Below are positions 42,063 to 56,638 of a stretch of 64,000 nucleotides of DNA, piece after piece. The notes under the pieces are model-generated. The model was not told where the DNA came from. It did no database searches and worked only from the letters and a program-made list of their open reading frames with translations. A program made the position numbers and the translations under genes. The DNA is from the human T2T-CHM13v2.0 reference genome, Homo sapiens: the NCBI RefSeq assembly GCF_009914755.1, contig NC_060930.1; one strand, 5' to 3'. Position 1 is the first letter of the stretch. Each line of letters opens with the position of its first letter.

Positions 42063-44499
42063 ACACCAATCAAGGCAACAAAAATTCAGGCATTTCCTAC
42101 TCATGCTTTAAAACTGAGATTAAATGTCACTCTGTAAAGCCTTGAGGTATTCTGATTCCACGTGTGATTTGGTTACTGTCCTAAAAACTTTTTAATGCGT
42201 CATATTTTATCTATCATAATATTTATTACATTGTGTTTTAATGAATATTTTAATTGTATTTCTATCCCAACAAACCACACACATATCCTTCTGGTCCACT
42301 GGCTAAAAAGTGCCTGGGGGCATAGTATTTGTTCAAAACTATTTCTCACTTGAATTAAAGTCAAGAAGCTTTCACTAAAAACTTCATCTGTTTCTTACCT
42401 ATACCAGTGCCCTGCATACAGTCTATTCTGTTTTGGCATGTTCCATTTCACAGCTTATCCTTCTCACTTGAGCCTGAGCCTCATATTTTCAGATTTCATT
42501 TAAAAAGAGGGAGTAACAGAAGTTTTAATAAATCTAGTTCTACTATGTTTTTTTTTTTTTTTGAAAATCCAAATAGAAGTGCAGGTAATATTGAGCATGC
42601 ATCAGTTCTAACATATTCACTTGGAATAGAATCACTTTCATTGAAAGGAAGGAGATTTCATACTTAGTTTATTTACTTGTTTGCTTCTACATGAAAACAA
42701 GTTTTTTTAGAGCATTGTCTGTCTATACCATTTGCAGACATCAGTAGCTATCCTAGTTATTGTGGTTGTTTTCTTATATATCTTATTTTATTGACTAAAT
42801 TGTGGAACCTGGATAGCAGGTACAGATTGTCTTATTTTTTGTTAATTCTCCACAGATTTTAAAACAATAAATGATTCACTGTAATAGATAACCAATAAAT
42901 GTGAAATTACTTGTGTCAATTTTCATTTTTCACAGACTTCTCATATTTTAACTGCTATGAGATATTCTATCATTTAAACATTGTATCAGATGAAACAGGT
43001 GTAGTTATTCTCACTTTCATTGGGTTGGTGAGAGTGGTAGAGTGCGAGGATAAGGAAGAGCCTGTTTCTAGAGTCCTTATTTCACTTACATCCTATTCAG
43101 GGTTGGTAAATCTCCTGTCTAAGCACACAATGGCATTTTAAGTCAGGGTTTCCCACAGGAAGCATTACGCCTTCAAGAGGGGAAAGAAAAAATTATCGTG
43201 GCATGCCAAGCAGGATGTCACTTACACTCGATTGGCCACATCGTCAAGGTTCATTTCCATGAACCTTTGTGTCAGTTCAGAAACTTTACACATGAGGCTG
43301 TGTGTAGCAGTCTACCGCTGCTGACTGCCCTGGGGCTAGCCCAGAGTCCCAATCTTGTCATTGGTTTTCCAGAATGTCTCCGTGAGAATTAGTTGCATAT
43401 GCTGGCCAGCCTCACCATTTGAGACAGGACTGTGGTTTGGTTGTATTTTTATAAATCACTTTCTTACTAAACACCTTACCATCTCTGACATATTTAGATA
43501 AGGCAAAGATAAGAATAAGAAGAGAGTGAAAATAGTCATAGATGATAGATAGGTAGCTAGATAGACGGGTATAGATGAAATGGATGGATGACTTCTGACA
43601 TTAATAATAGAAAACAAATGTGAGAAAGGTATTACTTTCAATTTCTGTCCAGTGCTTCTTAAATGTGTCATGAAATGTGCATAACAGAGATATTCAGACT
43701 ATGATTTTTATTACTGACCATATTAAACTACCTGCATCAGCTTAAAACAAAACATCATTAGCCCAGATTAACACTGGACAAGAGATAAGGTGCATAGGGG
43801 TGTGGAGGTAGAATGAGGAAAATAAGCTATGTTCTTTTTTTTCTGATTGGTGTAAAGTATTTGCATACCTCAAACAACTTAACTCTTTAAAGAATAATCT
43901 TACACATGGTTGCCATTTACATCATGTTATATGGGAGTGTTAAGAAGTTCTCCTTACAACAACTATCTCACTCATACTAGTTTGCACAGTGACTAAACTT
44001 ATAGTATTTATTATTGATCCATTTTCATAAATACTGCCAAGAAGTTTCATATTAGAGATCATAAATTTTTAGAAGGCCAATGCATTAATTCAATACAAAT
44101 CGATACCATCATGTTTTGAATTTGTGGCAGTTAAGTGGAAAAATGATGACATAACACAGACAAGTTTTATAGAAATGAGGAGAGAATAAGGTGGCTACAC
44201 ATATATTTTCACATCTTAAGTAATTTTCAGCCTGATTTTTTATGTAGGCTGCATTACTAGAGTTAACTTTACAATTCTGTCCATAGTTTGCTCAATGTCA
44301 AGAGAGATTTAAGACAGCAGAACAAAAAGTGACACCAAATCTAAATACAATTACTGTTGAGATTTGTGGACACCTTATTTGAGGAAGAGGGTAAGACTAT
44401 TTATTTGTGTGTGTAAAAGATTAGAAATCTATTTGTATTACAGTATGTTGGAGCAATTTACTGTGTGTTACCATATGTTAGATGAAAAACCAAAGTAGT

Positions 44500-44810
44500 G
44501 GTCAGGCACAGGGGCTTACGCCTGTAATCCCAGCATTTTGGGAGGCCAAGGGTGTGGGGAATCACCTGAGGTTGGGAGTTTGAGACCACCCTGACCTACA
44601 TGGAGAAACCCCATCTCTACTAAAAATACAAAATTAGTCCCGTGTGGTGGCACATGCCTGTAGTCCCAGCTACTCAGGAGGCTGAGGCAGGAGAATCGCT
44701 TGAACCCAGGAGCCAGAGGTTGCGGTGAGCCGGAGATCACACCATTGCACTCCAGCCTGGGCAACAAGAGCAAAACTCCATCTCAAAAAAAAAAAAAGAA
44801 AGAAAGAAAA
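44500..44810 (+). mobile_element. AluSp
   Basis: Sp diagnostics 'gaggttggga', 'ctgacc..catggagaaacc', 'gttgcggtgagcc', 'caacaagagc'; TSD gaaaaaccaaagtagt (44484-44499 / 44811-44826). Confidence 0.95.
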
Positions 44811-45155
44811 GAAAAACCAAAGTAGTGTAATGAACTGAATGATGGTTCTCTGAGAGTGCTCACGAGAGGATTTCTTTATTATAGAAAAGCCAATATAGCT
44901 GAGGTCAGTGTTACATTCCCTATTATGAAAGCTCAAGGTGGGCAGATATACCTTTCCCCATATCCCCGAAAATATAAGGCTCTGAGTAGATTTAGCCAGT
45001 TTCTACTGGAATGGAATGTTTCTACCCAGTCTTTAGAATCTTAGAATGGTAATGAAAAGTCATTGAGTTTGTCAGATATTATTTATGGAGACTTCAGCTG
45101 AGTCAGTAGTTCAGTAGAGTGGCAATAGGTACAAGGTGGTATAATCTTGGTTTTG

Positions 45156-45281
45156 CTTTCCTTTCCTTTAGTTTCTGCCAGTTGTCTGTGACATGTTTTC
45201 CAGGTGCTCTATGATTTTCCTTTCCTTTCCTTTAGTTTCTGCCAGTTGTCTGTGACATGGTTTCCAGGTGCTCTATGATTT
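45156..45281. repeat. Two-copy tandem duplication, period 64 bp
   Basis: 45156-45217 vs 45220-45281: 61 of 62 identical (t45196 / g45260). Confidence 0.95.
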
Positions 45282-46084
45282 CTGAGAGCTATTTAATGTT
45301 GACTCAACATATTACATGTCTACTTAGTGAGTCATGAATGCCTCTTCTTTGGAACTAGATGCTTGATAGATCCATATGTTTTATGTCTTCTTTTTTTCTC
45401 CATAGTTATGTTTAACTTTTGTTTCAGAAGAATTTAATACATAGTCCTTACTTTTCAGGAACTTTTAAAAGGAGAATATTAGCTGTTTTCCTGTGTGTTT
45501 TTCATTATCCATATTTTTTTCATTGCTTATTCAAAGCAAGAAACGGGTTTTCCCTGTAACTGCAGTAAGATGATCTATCTTGTTTTACAAAAGTTAAAGG
45601 TCTTTTATGCAGCCATTTTTTGTGATTGCCTACTGGTACAATTTTACTGGTGCCCCAGCCTGCCTTCAATGTCAATATCCAGCATCTATTTCTTTGAATC
45701 AAGTTACCATGTTTTTAAAAGAATGTCCATAAAATGTAAATCTTTACAAGAAGAGCTACATGTAAATGAGTACTAAGAGTTGATATTATCCTGATTCAGT
45801 TCACTAGAAGAAAGAAATCCCCCCAAAAAAGTATAAAAAGACTTAAGAAATAAAAACTAAAGTGAAATTAAGTCATGAGAATATTCAACAATTCAGTAGC
45901 ACTTTTGATCATTCAGATGCATTTTCATAAAAGAAAAAGGGATACATTTACCTGTCTTGCTAAATGGTGAGGAATGTCACCAAAGGGAGTGCTGAACAGT
46001 GAAAGCCACTGATATTGAACATAGATAGAATAAAGGGAGCTATGAGGTACTGAGTACAATGTCTTGTAAAGAATGCCTCAGTTT

Positions 46085-46511
<427 letters not shown>

Positions 46512-46682
46512 TTAAGCTGTGAAGCCTAGCAGTTGACCTAACTTTCATAATTTTGAAGGCATGGCTAGAAATTATTATGACATTCTTATGGTCTTATGTA
46601 TCAAATAGACCTACCTGGTAAAATATATGCATTATTTCTTATGACAAAATGTCCCATGTTCATTTTTTTCCCTACATAGTAG

Positions 46683-46991
<309 letters not shown>

Positions 46992-47929
46992 GTGTCTACA
47001 ATTCTTAAAATTCATTTCTTTGAACAATGAATGCTAGACATTGAGAATGATGCAAAGGATATATTTGCTGTCAATGTTGCAAGGTGCAGGATTCAATCTA
47101 GAAAATTATTAGTGTTTAGTGTGGGTCCTGTGTGCATTAAGTTCCTGAAACTTCACCCGAAAAATGTGATGTAATTAGATGAGGTTCCTCTAACATAATT
47201 GTATGAGATTATTTGACATAATCTGTCTTTCCATTTTCTACATATGCCCCAGGCTTCCAAGGGGCTACAACTATTCTTGGTAAGAAGGATAGTTTCTACC
47301 AGAGGTTATAAAATTAATGAAAATTTCAAGCTACAAAGTACTTTTTTTCAATTAAATTGATTGATTTCTCCAACCAAAGCAGTATTTACATTATAATTTG
47401 AAGGGTGATAATTTGAATACTGCTTTACAAATATTATAAAGTACAAGATATTAGTATTGTTTTTCTTGTTTCCAATGAAAATGAGTAAGTCTAGTATTTG
47501 TTTCCCTGGGGGAGAAAAACCTTTGTGATTGTGTATAACTGAAAAAGCAAAACTAAAGGAAACAAACAAGATGTTAATTCACTTCCAGCATATGTTGACA
47601 TTAACAAAGCTATTTTTGTTATAGTATTTAAAGATCTAATAGTTTGATAAAAATAGTCTTTGTATTTCAATTACACTAACACTTTGAAACAATTTTCTCT
47701 GCCAAATTCTTGGCAAATAACATCGTATTGTCTAGCTGAAATGGGGTCCACATGGTGTTCTAGTTCTATAAGCATATTGCTAGTGCTGCACATTTGTGCT
47801 TCTGTGAATATGGTACTGAAAACAGTGCCTCTTTATTAATGGATAACTTACTTTTATCTCACCCATTTTCTATTGTCACCTTCCCAGACTATTTAGGTTG
47901 TCCTAAAATCTTTTAAACTGTTTCTCATT

Positions 47930-48110
47930 ACCTGGTCTATAACCTTCAAAGTGCATATCACAGTCTCTAAATGATGACTATATTTTTATTGTTGCTTATT
48001 TTCATCACACTCTCCAAAATGTAAACTTACTAAAAGAAGAGCTTTCTGTTTGTTCAGTGCTATATTATCAGTATTTAGCACATAGTGAGTGCTCAATGAT
48101 TATTTGTTGT
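47930..48110 (+). mobile_element. LINE-2 3' end
   Basis: 'aatgtaaact', 'ctgtttgttcagtgctata', 'agcacatagtgagtgctcaatgattatttgttg'. Confidence 0.65.
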
Positions 48111-48726
48111 AAAAATTGATACTGTCATCCACTATCTTCACCTACTGTAGCGGCACTGAGCTACTTCTCTGCGGGTTCAAATTTAACCAGCTCCTAGATC
48201 AATCTGATATAAACTGCTAATGCTTTTTTCCAATACTGACTAGTCTGGAATTAGTTGTCTTGTTATAAATTATATATCCCAGGAGTGTGTGGGCAGTGAG
48301 TTTCTGTGAGCCACAGTCTCCCCCTCTTTCTGTGCTCCTACCACTTCTGCCCTATGGTCTGTATGCTTCCTTTCCTATAGCATCTCCATTCCCTGCTGGA
48401 ATTGAAGCCCCTCTCTGAACCACAGCTCATTTTCTGGGGTCTTGAATATATGGCTAACTTTTGGTATCTCCTTCTCTTGGGAGTCTGACTCTTGTTCCCA
48501 TTCAGAAAGAGAATTATAAAAATGAAATGGCTTTTGTAATAAAAGTTAGGGATTTTACATATTAATATAAAAATACTGTTGGGTGGTAATAAGAACAAAA
48601 TACCAAAACAGATTATCAAGAAAAAAAAAGAAAGAAAAACTATCTTTGGTGATTATTAAGTATCAAATTTAATACCTGTTTTGAACAGTTATAGGCACAC
48701 ACTTTCCAGCTTGTTAGGTGTGAAAC

Positions 48727-50274
48727 TGTCACAGGATCCTTGGAGTGTCACTTTTCTGGCCAGAAACTCTGTGGCTGGTGGCACCTTTGCCCGAGTTTTG
48801 CTGAGGCCCACTGGGCTCATTGCACACAGTTGGCCTGGCAGGCTGCGCTTGGCTTACGCTACCGGTCTGGATTCCACGCCTGCCAAGGGCGAGCGAGGCG
48901 TGGAGCAGTGACGGCTGTGTGAGTGAGTGAGCCTGGGGTCCCGCCACTGCACATAACCAGGCACGCTGTGGCAGGGCAGGCAGCTTCAGGTGCCCGCATA
49001 GGCGCTCGTTCCCTGTGAGGTTGTAGATGGACCAGGAGTACCACAAGCAGCTTCCAGGCACCAGGGAATGTGATGGTGGAGCCTGGAAGCTTGGAGACAC
49101 CAGGAACCACAGAGCTCCAAAGAGGGTGTCACAGCCATGGCTCAGAGAGCAACAAGGTCTGGGCTCCCCGAAGGGCCGCAGCTCTTCTCTCCTTCTCGCT
49201 TCTCATCACCTGCAATGTGGAGAGTAAGGGGCGTGTTTCAGCCCTGCTTGCGTTACAGCTCTTTCAGCCCCATCATTCAGCAGATCCCGAGCTCTTGTCC
49301 AGCATCCAGGAAGACTGAGGTACGTGGACAAGTGAAGGGTGAGCAAAGCGAAGAGGGTTTTATTGAGCGGCAGAACAGCTCAGAGGAGACTCATAGTGGG
49401 TAGCTCCTCACTGCAGACAGGTCGTCTCATCATCTGCTCAGCTTTCAGCAGAGAGGAAACCCACAGTGGGTAGCTCCTCTCTGCAGGCAAGTCTTCCCGT
49501 CGTCTGCTGGAGTTGACCTGAGTCTGGGGGGTTTTACAGGCCTCAGAGGGGAGGAAATGTGAGCTGATTGGTCCATGGGCGGCCATTGGCAGACCCGGAA
49601 AAATCACTCTAAGTTCTCACTCCTGTGGAGGGAACTAGTAGCCCGGCCTCCAGGCCTCAGGCCCTCTGTGGCCTGAAGGTGGGATTTCACTGGGGACCCA
49701 TCCCTTTCCACCCAGGAGCCTGTCTACCTCCTACTGCCATTAACCTGCCATCCATGGTGCCCACAGCACCCAGGCTGTTCGTGCTGAGAGGTGCTTGTAG
49801 GCCTGTGCTGAGTGGCCTTTACCCCCTCTTGGTCTCCCTGTCTTGCTGGTCAGTGCCCAAAATCCAGAGGGGGCCGAGGCAGCAGGGCCCTGGTGTGTCA
49901 ATGCTGCCCCAAGCATGTGCATACCTGGGTCATGACAGCACCCTGGATCGTCCACAACTTTGCTCCAAAATCAGAGCAGGCACCGGGAGTGGGGAGAGGC
50001 CAGGCAGTGGGAACAGTCACTTGTGAGCCTGCAGGAGCAGGGGCACTTCCTAGGCCTTCAAGAGTGCGGTGATGCCTCAGTCCAGTCACAGCTGGGCGGC
50101 TGCAGCTGCACCCGGGAGGGCGGGATTCCCGCATCTCCAACTGGGAAGGGAAGAGGACTTCCACCTGTCCCTGTTTCCCACTGGCTTCCTGGGGCACACA
50201 GCCCCGGCCATGCCTCCCCCACTGCAGCCTGGGTCATGGCAGCAGCCACCCCAGACAGGCTGCCACTGCCATCA
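48727..50274 (-). mobile_element. ERV1 solo LTR, MER52A-like
   Basis: Minus strand starts TGATGGCAGTGGCAGCC and ends ...GGATCCTGTGACA; 1.55 kb, GC-rich; CCAAT boxes (49571-49567, 49589-49585) and AATAAA (49364-49359) on minus; flanks aaac/aacc. Confidence 0.88.
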
Positions 50275-50469
50275 AACCCAAGTCATAATGTGAGCCTATC
50301 CGTGAGCCTGTGTACCTTGAAGCACTTAAGTGATCTCGTCTTACTGCCTCCAGAATAATGAGCAAAAATACTTATTAGGCTAATGTTTTGAACACTTACA
50401 TGCTGGGCTTACAAGAGCAAAAAGTGTTTTTATTTTTTAAAAGTATAGATACTTCTCTAACATTGGTAA

Positions 50470-50834
50470 TGTTATGACTTTAACACATTCTTTAAAGTTC
50501 ATGTGTTGGAAACTTAATCCTCAATGCAACAGTATTGAAAAGTTAGAACTTTAAGAGGTGACTCAGTCATGAGGGCTCTACCCTTCTTAATGGATTAATT
50601 CCATTATCACTGGAGTGGGTTAATTACCGCAGGGGTTCAGCCCCCTTTTTGTCTCCGCCTCACATGCTTTCTTCTGCCTTTTGTCCTTCTTCCATTCAGT
50701 GATACTCACCATATGCTAACACTATGCTCTTGAACTTTCCAGCCTCCAGAACCATAAGCCAAATAAATTTTTATTCTTTATGAATTACCTAGTCTGCAGT
50801 ACTCTGTTATAGCAACAGAAAATGTATTAAAACA
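50470..50834 (+). mobile_element. ERVL-MaLR LTR (MSTC/MSTD-like)
   Basis: TG...CA; 'agttcatgtgttggaaacttaatcc', 'gtcatgagggctct', 'ccagcctccagaaccataagccaaataaattt', 'tctgttatagcaacagaaaatg'. Confidence 0.85.
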
Positions 50835-52249
50835 GGCCAAAAAGTCTCCCCCTCACTCACATACTTTCCAATGAAATGTCTTACCAGATACGACTTTCTT
50901 TATAAGAAGACACTTGTTTCTTGGTAACACAGTACAGATGTCTTCTTTGTCCATCATCCTGCTTCTTACATCACAAGGCTTATTATTATGTACACTCAGA
51001 AGCTCTGCTTTTAGCTACACAATTAATACTTAGATGAGTTTTATCCAAGCATTAATGACAATACCCTGAAATCATATCATTCCCATTTGCCTCTTTGTCT
51101 TGGTTGGGTAGTAGGAGAAAAGTGTCCAGGAAAGGCAAAGAGGTGGTTTACTTTTAGCCACTCCCCACTTCCATAATGAAGATAGATCTTAAGGCTCTTC
51201 ATTCTTTTTCCCCTGAGATTCAGAATTCCTCTGAACATAGCCATCAAGGTAACTGTTCTCAATCAACTAAAACTCTAACATGGAGGTTTTAAAATACTAA
51301 TTTTTCCATGAAATATTCTATATAGTGACTCCCCCTGGATCCTTTGCCATCTGTACATTTTTATCAATAAAAGAGAACAACAGGAAAGAAAAGCATCAGT
51401 TTATATAGTTTCTGTGCTTCACTCTAGTTATATTATATTAACATAATAAACCAGACCACAAAAAAGAGGATTGATTTATTTAAAATTCTACATAGAATTT
51501 TTTAAATAATCTAATTGCTGTATAAATTCCTCTTGTGATATTTTCATTATGAAACAATGGCTGAGATCATTAAAGTGTAGCTTGTGTATCATTTTTTTTC
51601 CAGCAAAAGTGGGCATAAATACATTAAGGACTTGAAGGTGGCATTGAATCCACTTCAACAAGGATTATGAAGATTGACACATACCTTTTAAAACTGATTC
51701 TTCTGTGCAGATTGAAGCCAAGTTGCAAGACCTGATTTACCAGGGTTAAATGAACACAGAGCAAAATAATACCAGTGAATATTCATTTAGAAACAGCATC
51801 AAACTGAAAATGTAAAGTAAATGTTACTGTGGTATTTGCCTAATATATATGTACTAACTCCCTATTATTTGATAGATATCATACTAAATGCTAACAATAA
51901 TAACGTGAGTAAAGCAGAGCATATTATCTTAAAATTCAGGTAAGATAATATTAATAGAACTCTGTACTTATGTACGTAGATATAGACATACATAGACACA
52001 GTAAAGGCCCACAATTTTAGAGATAAAGGGACTTAAGAGAGTCCTGTCTTTCTTATGAAACAAGACCTTAGGAATGACCTTGTTCAGGTTCAAATGTCTC
52101 ATATTTGGCAGAACAAGGCAATTTCTCAGACTCACAACTTTTTGTCCCTAAATTTCTACATCAGAATTTTCTTAATTTATCTTCACAAATTTTTTGAAGG
52201 CTCACTATTTTCTTGGCACTGCATTAAATGCTTTCAAATATCTATGACA

Positions 52250-52400
52250 TTCTATGTATGTATATATATAATACAACTTTATATATAAATATTATATATT
52301 TATATATTTATGTATAGTATTGTTTATTATAATACTAATCATTTATATATTATATATAACTCATTTCTAATTTACACATTAAAACATATAATATTTATTT
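52250..52400. repeat. AT-rich low-complexity (TA-degenerate) tract
   Basis: Directly visible. Confidence 0.8.
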
Positions 52401-52990
52401 GTTCAACTATACTAAACAATTTTCCAACTGCTTAATTATGTCAGATTCTGTGCATTGTATCAGGAATACAAAGGTGAATAGAATTTCCTCTCTGCCACAA
52501 AAGAGCAAAGATCTATAGAAGAAAGAGATATATAAAAATATAACTGAAATATTATGTGATGAGTCCCACGGCACAAGTATACACAAGATATGAAGATGGT
52601 AACTCAGGCGGCTGTGAGGCCCATTGACATCTCCAGGAAGAGAATAATTCCTGATGCCTTTTATAAAAAATCCAAATTCAGTGTAGTGGAGATGAATGTA
52701 TATCTAGAATGACTGCAGTGACTAGATGGTGGCAACATTAACTATTAGAACACAGGAGGAAGAGGTATTTGATATTGGTAAAATAGGACTGGTGAGATGG
52801 TTTAAGAAAACTATTGATTAATTTGTGGATATGTTGTGTTTAAGGTGCTTGGAAAAAGTGAAATTGATTATCTATAGCAGATATATGAATGAATAACACT
52901 GATTTTAAAGGATGTCTGAGCTTGAGCTGGAAATTAGGGAATCAAAATAATATGCCCATAGAAATATATCTAGAAAGAAACTAAATTAAA
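52395..52990 (-). mobile_element. LINE-2 fragments
   Basis: 'tttatttgttcaac', 'ggaatacaaaggtgaata', 'ggatatgttgtgtttaaggtgct', 'gctggaaattagggaatc'. Confidence 0.6.
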
Positions 52991-54197
52991 TTAAAGTCCA
53001 AGATATCTGGTTTGGAAGTTCAGGATCTTTTCAAAGAGAAGGTATTTATCATTACCTGCTATTCCATTCTAAGTAAGAATGTGATATAACCAGAAATCCT
53101 ATTTTAAGTAGGTGTGTATATACAGGTGTGGGGTGTGTGTGTGTGTATATATATTTCTAGGGTTTTTTTTCCAGAAGAATTTCTTGCTCGATACTACAAA
53201 ATATTGCATTGCTTGAAGGCTTACCCCAGGGTGCTTAGAGAGAAGTTTTGTTTCATTTGAGAGAGGAAAGTATGGAGACATAAAGAAATCCATATAAGAG
53301 AGTTTCTGAATCTCCATGTTGAGCCTCCAGATTCACTTAACAAAAATCTCATTTGTCAAATTTTCTCATTGCCAAACTTTCAACAAGATTATTGGTGAAC
53401 ATTTCGGGTAAGGAGAGAAATATTTCTTCCAGAAAAAGCCTACCTCATGTTTGGAGAGCTTTTATTAGTATCTATGTGTTCATTCTTTCATTTATTCTTT
53501 TATTTATTCACCATGCTTTCATTAAATATCTGCTACACATTGAGTTCTGTAATAGGTGCTAGAAATAAAGCAGTTCATAAACCAGATAGAGTTCCTGCCT
53601 TTATGAATTATTGTCATAGGCTTTAAATAAATAAATAAAGTAAGCAAGTAAATAAATAATTAGATAGACATAACTGTGTTATGTATTGCTGCATAATAAT
53701 TTATTCCCAAATTTAGTGGCTTGAAAATAAATATCTATTATCTCATTTTTATTTTATGTATTAGTTTCATTTTTGTTCTAAAATAAATATTTTTAAGTAA
53801 CTGGGTTCTTAAATAAACACAATTAAGCCAAGAGTATGTTGGCATATTTCCACTCCCTATAAATGCGTTTTAAAATAATCCTCTTTCTCAGAGAAAACAG
53901 AGCAGTACTCATATGTGGAGAATGAACTGTGTTACTATATAAATTTGTCACTAGAAAATGAAAAAAAAAACAGAAAAATATCTACTGGAATGAAACACAT
54001 TCTCAATAGCACACAAGAGACTATTTTGTGAAACAAAATTGGGGTAATATACAGAGGGAATAGGCTAAGTGTTAAGAAATTGGATTTTTTTCTTAAATGA
54101 TCCACTTAAAATTGACATTGATGTGGTTATTTGATTCCTCTGATATTAGTTTTATTGCAAGATACATGGTTGAATAGAGAATACAACTTAACTTTTT

Positions 54198-54611
54198 TGT
54201 CGCAAGTTGAGATGCATAGCTCATATTCTTCAAGGAAGGATATGCAGCCTCAGCTACTAAAGCATATACCTTCCAACTGTCAACTCTTTCCATTTCCCTC
54301 AGCTGCAAAGTGATACCTTGTCAAGAAAGAACCCTTATTGAATTGCATGGGGGCAGATGTGTCAAGTGTGGTACAATGCCTAACCATTTCAGACAACCAA
54401 AAGCCAAATCTATCAGAGTTTCATGGGGAATATTCCAGATCTTCCCGTGGGGTTGGCCCATGCTTTGTTGGGATTTCATGGCAATTTGTCTTTTTCTTTT
54501 GCTTAATCTTGTATGTACTATATTCCTCCAACCCCTGATGTTATCATTCAATAATTATCCTGCAGAAAATCTCAATCTCAACATCTGCTTCCAGAGAACC
54601 ACACTGTGATA
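54198..54611 (+). mobile_element. ERVL LTR (LTR33-like), 5' LTR of a decayed provirus
   Basis: Starts tgtcgcaagttgagatgc; ends 'aataattatcctgcagaaaatctcaatctcaacatctgcttccagagaacc..ctgtgata'. Confidence 0.75.
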
Positions 54612-56331
54612 TTTCATATCAATGATATTCAAAGAAAGAAAGTGTTATGGTGTGGTTTTGGAGCTAACTCACTTAACTACACATCTGTCAATGAAGATAC
54701 AATTATTGGTAGTATGTAGAACACAGAAAAATCCTTGGCTTAAGGTGATGGTACAATTATTAAAACTCTCCCTGGTGGTGAATTGAGATAAGATACCAGT
54801 GGAGGTAAATGCTCTAGCTGCTGCAAAGTATCAGAAGCTTAAATATTATGAGAAAGGGAAGACAATTGCTAAGCACCACTGCTAACCTAGAAAAAGCTCT
54901 GGGTGATTAACAGGTCATTGAAAATTAAATATTGAAATTCAGTAGGTCTCTCTGATAGCCTACCAAAAGGCTTTCATATTCTGGATCAGAAGATTAGAGA
55001 AAATCGAGGATGAGGACCAGTACTTAATAGAGTGCCTTAACTCCAGAGAAGGTTAAATGCCCAACCAAGGCAGTTCTGTGATGCAAAAGTGCTGGCTCTT
55101 GCCTGGCTGAAAAATAAATTGTACCTTGGCACTTTGGGTAGACACATCTGGGTATATGCCTCTGAAAATTTTCTATATTCAGAATCCTTTCAACTCTTAG
55201 CTTGCAGAAACTACCCATCCCTCTATGCTAATAATTGCAACCCCCCACCCACTGCCACTTGCTTAGAAAAAATGCAGAGGCCTTTTGCCCACAATATAGC
55301 ACATTATCCTCCTCTAGGATCTGCCCCACCTCCCTCCTTCTCCCATTCCACTCCCTAGGCCTATAACACGAACCAGCCCAAACGTTCTGGTGCCAATAAC
55401 TGAGAAAAGGGACTCCACCTCAAAGAGTATCATGACCTAGTTAGTATGGACCAACAAGGGCCAGAGGAGTAAGGTAGAACTAGATTTCAGGAATGCTTTA
55501 TTTAAAAGTCTAGTACATAAAATTGAATAGTTATAAGTGGCAGGGTATTGGAAGCACACTCCCATTATAAGAAATATAGCACCCTAGTGAGGACTCCAAG
55601 AAATGTTGCTAATTCACAACATTGGCTCCTACAAGCATAATAAAAGCAATGGCTATTCAAAGTTGAAAAGTCAGGATATCATAAACTTTACCCAGTAGTG
55701 GCCTCAATTGCAGGCTTTGTGCTAGATGTGGTTTTATGTAGAGTAGATTACTATGGCCCCAGGTTCCTGTATGCTATAAGGCTATTGATTTGGTAAAGGA
55801 GGACTTTCTTACTTTATCCAGAAGGAAAAATTAGAAAATGTTTGCATTCACGTGGAAGGGGCAATAATGTTCATTTACTATTTTTCCCAAGAGCTAGGTT
55901 AACTACGGTGCAGTCATAATACAATCTAAAGAAATCTGGGCTGTCTTCATAGTATGAACAGCATATTGATCCATCACATTGTTTACAAGCTCATTAAGCT
56001 GGGTGAAAAAGTAGTTGTTACTATTTAGGGAGACACATGTGCTTCAGAAACTGGAGATAAACCCCATGAAGATTGAGGGCCTAGCTAAATTTGCAAAACT
56101 TTTAGGGCTACAACAGTCAGAAGAGGGTTGAAACAGCCCTTCCAAAGTAAAAACAAATTATTTAATGTTTTACTTTCCACTATGGTTAAGGAAGCGCAAT
56201 GCATGATAGAGCCAGTTTTGAGTGGGACTTAGAGCAGGAATGGGTATTACACCAGATTCAATCTTTAAGGCTAGAGGTACTGCCACTTGGGTCATGTGAC
56301 CCAGCATACCCTTATAATATTAAGAAGTATA

Positions 56332-56638
56332 GGCCGGGCGTGGTGGCTCACGCCTCTAATCCAAGCACTTTGGGAGGCTGAGGTGGGTGGATCACAAGGT
56401 CAGGAGTTCAAGACCAGTCTGGCCAACATAGTGAAAATCTGTCTCTACTAAAAATACAAAAAGTTAGCCAGGTGTGGTGGTGTGCACCTGTAATCCCAGC
56501 TACTTGGGAGGCTGAGGCAGGGATAATCGCTTGAACCCAGGAGGTGCAGGTTGCAGTGAGCTGAGATCGTGCCATTGCACTCCAGCCCGGGAAACAGTGC
56601 AAGACTCCTTCTCAAAAAAAAAAAAAAAAAAAAAAAAA
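56332..56638 (+). mobile_element. Alu, AluSg-like
   Basis: 'gatcacaaggtcaggagttcaagaccag..tggccaacatagtg'; A25 tail; partial TSD aagaag. Confidence 0.94.

Noticed and set aside
48681-50358. Dense cluster of 60-133 aa ORFs on both strands resembling a gene or CpG island
   Set aside because: They lie essentially within the GC-rich MER52-type LTR, where stop codons are scarce.
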